Part shown: positions 59,010 through 64,000 of the stretch, in pieces
Layout of the letters: every line of letters begins with the position of its first letter
Numbering within the stretch: the first letter of the stretch is position 1
Assembly (NCBI GenBank): GCA_959606035.1
Contig: CAUHHB010000001.1
Coordinates: forward strand, 343,886 to 407,885
Reading direction: 5' to 3'
Source of the DNA: an uncultured Collinsella sp.
GTDB taxonomy: Bacteria > Actinomycetota > Coriobacteriia > Coriobacteriales > Coriobacteriaceae
DNA: 64,000 nucleotides
Made by a program: the position numbers and the translations under genes
Notes under the pieces: model-generated
Database searches by the model: none
What the model saw: only the letters and a program-made list of their open reading frames with translations
What the model was told of the DNA's origin: nothing

Positions 59010-59926
59010 TGGGATTCTTCGATGCTCTCTCGCGCGGACTTGAGCGCAGCCGCGAGGCCCTCAACGAGGTCTTTTACTTTGGCGGCGAGGTCGACGAGGA
59101 TTTTTGGGAGGACCTAGAGGACACTCTCGTCATGGGTGACATGGGTGCCGAGGTCGCCATCCAGGTTTCCGATGACTTGCGCGATACCGCGGCTAAGAAG
59201 AACCTCAAGACCGCCCCGCAACTCCGTCGCGCCCTGGCCGAGCAGCTCGAGCAGCATTTTGTGCCCGCTGAGCGCGATCCGTTCTCCGACACGCCGAGCT
59301 GCGTGCTGTTTGTGGGCATTAACGGTGCCGGCAAGACCACCACGGTCGGCAAGATTGCGAGCGCCATGGCTGCCCGCGGCAAGAATGTCGTGATCGGCTC
59401 GGCCGATACCTTCCGCGCCGCCGCCATCGAGCAGCTCGATGTGTGGGGCCAGCGCGCCGGTGTCCCCGTTATCAAGCGCGATCGCGGCTCCGACCCGGCA
59501 AGCGTTTGCTACGACGTGCTCGACGAGGCCGATAAGCGCGGCAGCGACTTGGTGCTTATCGACACCGCCGGTCGTCTGCACACGAGCCCCGAGCTCATGC
59601 GTGAGCTTGCCAAGGTGGTCAACGTGACGCGCAAGCGCGCCGCCAATATGGCTGCCGGCCCCATGCCCGTCTCGGTCGTCCTCGTGATCGATGCCGCGAC
59701 GGGTCAAAACGGTCTGAACCAGGCGCTCGAGTTTAACGAGGCGCTGGGTCTGGACGGTATTATCATGACAAAGCTCGACGGCACGGCAAAGGGCGGTATT
59801 GCCATGGCCGTGGCCGAGAAGCTCAAGCTCCCGATCCTGCGCATCGGCGTGGGTGAGCAGGTCGATGACCTGCAGGAGTTCAATGCCAAAGATTTCTGCC
59901 GCGCCCTGGTGGGCGAGTCCAATTAA
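59009..59926 (+). CDS. ftsY: signal recognition particle receptor FtsY
   Basis: VLFVGINGAGKTTTVGK, DTAGR, TKLDGTAKGG (SRP GTPase family), shorter than Ffh and lacking an M-domain. Confidence 0.9.
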   Translation: MGFFDALSRGLERSREALNEVFYFGGEVDEDFWEDLEDTLVMGDMGAEVAIQVSDDLRDTAAKKNLKTAPQLRRALAEQLEQHFVPAERDPFSDTPSCVLFVGINGAGKTTTVGKIASAMAARGKNVVIGSADTFRAAAIEQLDVWGQRAGVPVIKRDRGSDPASVCYDVLDEADKRGSDLVLIDTAGRLHTSPELMRELAKVVNVTRKRAANMAAGPMPVSVVLVIDAATGQNGLNQALEFNEALGLDGIIMTKLDGTAKGGIAMAVAEKLKLPILRIGVGEQVDDLQEFNAKDFCRALVGESN

Positions 59927-59936
59927 GGAGTGACTA

Positions 59937-61412
59937 GTGTTTGATTCTCTGAGCGATCGCCTCAACGACACATTTGACCGCCTGCGCGGCAAGGGTAAGC
60001 TGACCGAGGCCGATATCACCTCGGCAATGCGCGACATTCGCATGGCGCTGCTCGAGGCCGACGTCAACTTCAAGGTCGTCAAGGAGTTCGTCGCCAAGAC
60101 CAAGGAGCGCTGCATGACCGCTGAGGTCATGGAGTCGTTGTCGCCGGCGCAAAACGTCGTCAAGATCGTGCTCGACGAGCTCACCGAGATGCTCGGCTCC
60201 ACCGAGAGCAAGCTCGTCTTTAGCAACCGCATTCCCAATGTCATCATGCTCGTGGGCCTGCAGGGCTCCGGTAAGACCACGGCGGCCGTAAAGCTGGCCT
60301 ACCTGCTCAAGAAGCAGGGCCGCTCGCCGCTGCTCGCCGCGTGCGACGTCTACCGTCCCGCCGCTGCCGACCAGCTGGCCACGCTCGGTGGAGAGATCGG
60401 CGTGCCGGTCTTCCGCGGTGACGGCGAGCACCCGGTCGATATCGCCAAGGGCGCCATCCAGGAGGCCGTTGACCACCTGCGCGACGTGGTCATCGTCGAT
60501 ACCGCCGGTCGCCTGCAGATCGACGAGCAGATGATGCAGGAGGCCGTGGACATCAAGAAGGCCGTCAAGCCCGATCAGGTACTGATGGTCGTCGATGCCA
60601 TGACCGGTCAGGATATCGTCAACGTCGTCTCGACCTTCGCCGAGCGCACCGACTTTGACGGTGTGATCATCTCCAAGCTCGACGGCGATGCCCGTGGCGG
60701 CGGCGCGCTTTCCGTGCGCCAGGTGACCGGCAAGCCCATCAAGTTCGTTAGCATGGGCGAGAAGCCCGATTCGCTGGAGCCGTTCTATCCCGACCGCATG
60801 GCAAAGCGAATCTTGGGCATGGGCGATGTTGTCGGCATCATCGAGAAGGCCCAGGAGGCGGCCGATGCCGAGCAGCTCGAGGCCGCCGAGCGCATGCTGC
60901 GCGAGGGCTTTACCATGAACGACATGCTCGACCAGATGAAAGCCGTCAAGAAGATGGGCGGCATGAAGGGCATTCTGGGCATGCTCCCCGGTGGCCAGCG
61001 TGCGCTCAACCAGATGGGCGGCAACCTGGACGAGGGCATCTTCGACAAGAACGAGGCCATCATCATGTCGATGACCAAGGAGGAGCGCCTGCGTCCCTCC
61101 ATCATCAACGGCCAGCGCCGTGCCCGCATTGCCAAGGGCGCCGGCGTGACCCCCACCGAGGTCAACAGCCTTATGAAGCAGTGGGGCGAGATGAACAAGA
61201 TGATGGGCCGCATGCGCACGATGGCCAATCAGGCGCAGGCCGGCGGCAAGAAGGGCAAAAAGGGTAAGAAGGGCAAAAAGATGCGCATGCCCAATATCCC
61301 TGGCCTGGACGCTATGTGTCTGGGCGGCATGGGCGGCCTGGGAACGGGCGGCCCCAAGTCCGATATGGATCTGCTGCGCCAGATGGAAGCGCAGATGCGC
61401 AATAAGAAATAG
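59937..61412 (+). CDS. ffh: signal recognition particle protein Ffh
   Basis: N and G domains (GLQGSGKTTAAVKLA, DTAGR, SKLDGDARGG) plus Met-rich M-domain and Lys/Gly-rich tail. Confidence 0.95.
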   Translation: MFDSLSDRLNDTFDRLRGKGKLTEADITSAMRDIRMALLEADVNFKVVKEFVAKTKERCMTAEVMESLSPAQNVVKIVLDELTEMLGSTESKLVFSNRIPNVIMLVGLQGSGKTTAAVKLAYLLKKQGRSPLLAACDVYRPAAADQLATLGGEIGVPVFRGDGEHPVDIAKGAIQEAVDHLRDVVIVDTAGRLQIDEQMMQEAVDIKKAVKPDQVLMVVDAMTGQDIVNVVSTFAERTDFDGVIISKLDGDARGGGALSVRQVTGKPIKFVSMGEKPDSLEPFYPDRMAKRILGMGDVVGIIEKAQEAADAEQLEAAERMLREGFTMNDMLDQMKAVKKMGGMKGILGMLPGGQRALNQMGGNLDEGIFDKNEAIIMSMTKEERLRPSIINGQRRARIAKGAGVTPTEVNSLMKQWGEMNKMMGRMRTMANQAQAGGKKGKKGKKGKKMRMPNIPGLDAMCLGGMGGLGTGGPKSDMDLLRQMEAQMRNKK

Positions 61413-61435
61413 GGCTGTATTTCCAGTTTGATATG

Positions 61436-61472
61436 GCAAAGGCCACTCGGAAGCTACCGGGTGGCCTTTGTT
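61436..61472. terminator. bidirectional rho-independent terminator between convergent ffh and DUF134-NifX genes
   Basis: aaaggccactcgg-aagctac-cgggtggccttt-gttgttgg. Confidence 0.6.
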
Positions 61473-61532
61473 GTTGGCTTTGATTGCTGGGTTGCGTTCA
61501 GCGTCGCACCCCGAGCTCGCGGTGCCGTGCCG

Positions 61533-62297
61533 TTAGTGGCAGCCGCAGCCCTCGTGGCCCTCGTGCTCGTGATGGCCGTGGCAGCCGCAGGACTTGCCAT
61601 GCTCGTGGGTGTGCTCGTGGTCGTGGCCATGGCAGTCGCAGGTGGCCTCGCCGGTCTGCGCGAGCGTGCCGGCAATGAGGGCCTCGACGCAAGCGTCGCA
61701 GCTGCCCTGGGCGCCCGCATAGACCGTGATGCCGGCTTGGGTGAGCGCGTTGATGGCGCCGCCGCCGATGCCGCCGCAGATGAGCGTGTCAACGCCACCG
61801 TTGGCAAGCAGTCCCGCCAGGGCGCCGTGACCGGTGCCACCGGTGCCTACGACCTGCTCGTTGAGCACCTTGCCATCCTGGATGTCGTAGATCTTGAACT
61901 GCTCGCTGCGGCCAAAGTGCATAAAGATGTTGCCGTTGTCGTACGTCGTTGCCACCCTCATGGTGCCGACCTCCTTTGCTGGCCATGCGGCCGTCGTCGT
62001 GGTGATGGGGGAGTATGCGATATTGCCGCCTTCGATACACAGTGCGCGCCCGTTGACCAGCGCGTTTGCCACCTTGCGATGTGCGCGGCTGCAGATGGCC
62101 GCCACGGTGGCGCGGGCAATGCCCATGTGCTGGGCGACGGCCTCCTGATTGAGGCCTTCCAGGTCGCACAGCCGCAGGACTTCGAGCTCGTCGACCGTCA
62201 TGTCGATGGCGTCTCCGCTGGCAAGGCCGTCGGGGGTAAAGCCGCGATATTCGGGGATGATCCCAACGCGGCGTAATTTTTCGCGTCTTCCTGCCAT
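61533..62297 (-). CDS. DUF134 (UPF0251, predicted DNA-binding) domain fused to NifB/NifX-like Fe-Mo-cofactor-type domain with His/Cys-rich C-terminal tail
   Basis: N-terminal MAGRREKLRRVGIIPEYRGFTPDG...MTVDELEVLRLCDLEGLNQEAVAQHMGIARATV (DUF134 pattern). The middle MRVATTYDNGNIFMHFGRSEQFKIYD...VDTLICGGIGGGAINALTQAGITVYAG is NifX/NifB-like. Tail CDCHGHDHEHTHEHGKSCGCHGHHEHEGHEGCGCH. An internal RBS AAAGGAGG before MRVATTY allows separate translation of the C-terminal half. Confidence 0.65.
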   Translation of the reverse strand: MAGRREKLRRVGIIPEYRGFTPDGLASGDAIDMTVDELEVLRLCDLEGLNQEAVAQHMGIARATVAAICSRAHRKVANALVNGRALCIEGGNIAYSPITTTTAAWPAKEVGTMRVATTYDNGNIFMHFGRSEQFKIYDIQDGKVLNEQVVGTGGTGHGALAGLLANGGVDTLICGGIGGGAINALTQAGITVYAGAQGSCDACVEALIAGTLAQTGEATCDCHGHDHEHTHEHGKSCGCHGHHEHEGHEGCGCH

Positions 62298-62310
62298 ACA
62301 CTCTCCAAAT

Positions 62311-62377
62311 CTGACATATGTCAACAATAGGATATCGCGTGGGAAATTCCGCGCTAGGCATTTTTAGCATATGTCAG
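62311..62377. promoter_or_regulatory. two copies of the operator-like motif CTGACATATG in the divergent promoter region between the DUF134-NifX gene and thyA
   Basis: Palindrome TGACATATGTCA at 62312-62323. Second, inverted copy gCATATGTCAG at ~62367-62377 (revcomp CTGACATATGc). Confidence 0.4.
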
Positions 62378-62463
62378 AAAATGAGGGCTTATGTTTGGGC
62401 TGTGGGGTCGCGTGCGCCTGGGCTACAATGAATCTCGCTTATAGGCGACTGACAGGAGGGTCA

Positions 62464-63312
62464 ATGAGCAAAGCTGATCAACAGTTTGTAACCATGTGCC
62501 GCGATATCTTGGACCATGGCACCACCACCGAGGGCCAAAAGGTCCGACCGGTGTGGGAGGACGGCACCCCTGCCTATACCATTAAAAACTTTGGCGTTAC
62601 GGCTCGCTACGACCTGCGTGAGGAGTTTCCCGCGCTCACACTGCGTCGCACGGCGCTTAAGTCTGCCATGGACGAGATTCTGTGGATCTATCAAAAGAAG
62701 TCAAATAACGTCCACGACCTCAACAGCCATATTTGGGATGAGTGGGCCGACGAGACTGGCTCCATCGGCAAGGCCTACGGGTACCAGATTGGGCAGAAAA
62801 GCCATTATGCCGAGGGTGACTTTGACCAGATGGACCGCGTGCTGTACGACCTTAAGAACACGCCGTACAGCCGCCGCATCATGACCAACACCTACGTGTT
62901 TAGCGACCTGTCCGAGATGCACCTGTATCCGTGCGCCTACAGCGTGACCTATAACGTGACGCAGCGCCCGCAGGACGATAAGCCCACACTCAACATGATT
63001 CTCAACCAGCGCAGCCAAGACATTTTGGCCGCCAACAACTGGAATGTGTGCCAGTACGCCATTTTGCTGATGATGGTCGCGCAGTCGGTCGATATGATTC
63101 CCGGCGAGCTGCTGCATGTGATTGCCGATGCCCACATTTACGATCGTCATGTCGATATCGTCCGCGAACTTATCGAGCGTCCGCAGTTTGCGGCGCCTAA
63201 GGTAACGCTTAACCCCGACGTGCACGATTTCTATGCGTTTACGACCGATGACCTGATCGTGGAGGGCTACGAGCACGGCCCGCAGGTCAAGAACATTCCC
63301 ATTGCGGTGTAG
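62464..63312 (+). CDS. thyA: thymidylate synthase
   Basis: ALTLRRTALKSAMDEILWIYQ..., catalytic Cys in LYPCAYSVTYNV, 283 aa from the MSKADQQF start (AGGAGGG RBS). The ORF-track start 62371 lies inside the operator region. Confidence 0.9.
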   Translation: MSKADQQFVTMCRDILDHGTTTEGQKVRPVWEDGTPAYTIKNFGVTARYDLREEFPALTLRRTALKSAMDEILWIYQKKSNNVHDLNSHIWDEWADETGSIGKAYGYQIGQKSHYAEGDFDQMDRVLYDLKNTPYSRRIMTNTYVFSDLSEMHLYPCAYSVTYNVTQRPQDDKPTLNMILNQRSQDILAANNWNVCQYAILLMMVAQSVDMIPGELLHVIADAHIYDRHVDIVRELIERPQFAAPKVTLNPDVHDFYAFTTDDLIVEGYEHGPQVKNIPIAV

Positions 63313-63840
63313 GTGGTGCTCATGACGTGTAAGCTATCTGCCATCGTCGCCGTGTGTGACGATTGGGGCATTGGGTGCGAGGGCGACATGGTGGTGTCCA
63401 ATCGCGCCGACATGCGCCATTTTGTGGCCTGCACCAAGGGTTGCCCGGTCATCATGGGGCGTAAGACGCTGCTGAGTTTTCCCGGTGGGCGTCCGCTCAA
63501 GAACCGTCGCAATATCGTGCTTACCCGCGATGAGAGCTTTGCCCCCGAGGGCGTCGACGTGGTGCATAGCATCGACGAGGCGCTCGCTGCGGTTGCCGAT
63601 GAGCCCGTTGCGTGGGTGATCGGCGGCGGCGATGTCTATCGGCAGTTTTTGCCGTATTGCGCCGAGGCCGAGGTCACGCACGACCATTGCACCCATGCCG
63701 TGGACACGTACTTTCCCGACTTGGACGCCGATCCCGCGTGGGAAGTTGCGCGGCACGAAGGGGTTGCCACGATTGCCGCGGGCGAGGGCGACGAAGGCCT
63801 CGATTATGAGTTCGTGACGTATCGTCGCGTTGATGCTTAA
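63313..63840 (+). CDS. folA: dihydrofolate reductase
   Basis: LSAIVAVCDDWGIGCEGDMVVSNRADMRHFVACTKGCPVIMGRKTLLSFPGGRPLKNRRNIVLTRD...WVIGGGDVYRQFLP. Immediately follows thyA. Confidence 0.9.
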   Translation: MVLMTCKLSAIVAVCDDWGIGCEGDMVVSNRADMRHFVACTKGCPVIMGRKTLLSFPGGRPLKNRRNIVLTRDESFAPEGVDVVHSIDEALAAVADEPVAWVIGGGDVYRQFLPYCAEAEVTHDHCTHAVDTYFPDLDADPAWEVARHEGVATIAAGEGDEGLDYEFVTYRRVDA

Positions 63841-64000
63841 ATCTCCTATTTGCCCACGGTATTATCGGGTTGGAATGAGGAAGGGGCGGCGCCTGGCGTC
63901 GCCTCGTTTGATATAGATGCTGCTGTAAGAAGGGTACGGGCTTGCTGTTATGACTGATGCCGTTGAGGTGCTGCGAATTGACTCGCTCGAGGATGAGCGG

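Noticed and set aside
63950-64000. Start of a further plus-strand gene (MTDAVEVLRIDSLEDER…) cut by the window end
   Set aside because: Only 17 codons visible. Cannot assign a function.

Overview
High-GC (about 60-65%) Gram-positive-type chromosome segment. Protein similarities and gene order suggest an actinobacterium of the Coriobacteriia type (Collinsella/Olsenella-like); this taxonomic placement is inference only. The window has four parts. (1) 1-5400: cell-envelope polysaccharide genes (pyruvyl transferase, GT2, SDR) and a large secreted transglutaminase-like protein with four tandem Ig-like repeats. (2) about 5460-16560: a lower-GC accessory island, almost certainly horizontally acquired and defense-related. 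It holds two divergent paralogous AbiL-like modules (AAA_21 ATPase + RloB/TOPRIM-like) in opposite orientation at the two ends, a roughly 300-bp direct duplication of the 5' end of the neighbouring gene, an IS256-family transposase remnant, a disrupted caspase-like gene, a protein with a C-terminal nucleoside 2-deoxyribosyltransferase-like (NDT/SLOG-like) domain, and a translationally coupled two-gene module (349-aa unknown protein + 542-aa SMC/RecF-like ATPase with degenerate Walker B and H-loop). I consider the two-gene module the best candidate for an undescribed Lamassu/ABC-3C-like defense system. (3) 16878-27973: a Gram-positive-type pel exopolysaccharide operon (pelD-E-A-F-G) followed by a coupled CotH / VTC-domain / DUF4956 triad. 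(4) 28000-64000: conserved housekeeping genes (guaB-like, leuS, rimP-nusA-infB-rbfA-nrnA-truB-ribF, dnaG, rpoD, 2x tRNA-Asn, asp23, yloV, recG, rsmD, coaD, yceD, rpmF, plsX, acpP, rnc, smc, ftsY, ffh, a DUF134-NifX-like fusion, thyA-folA). Many long antisense ORFs in the six-frame track are GC artefacts and are not called. Coordinates taken from the ORF track are reliable. Coordinates I derived by hand (tRNAs, rpmF, alternative starts, hairpins) may be off by 1-2 nt.
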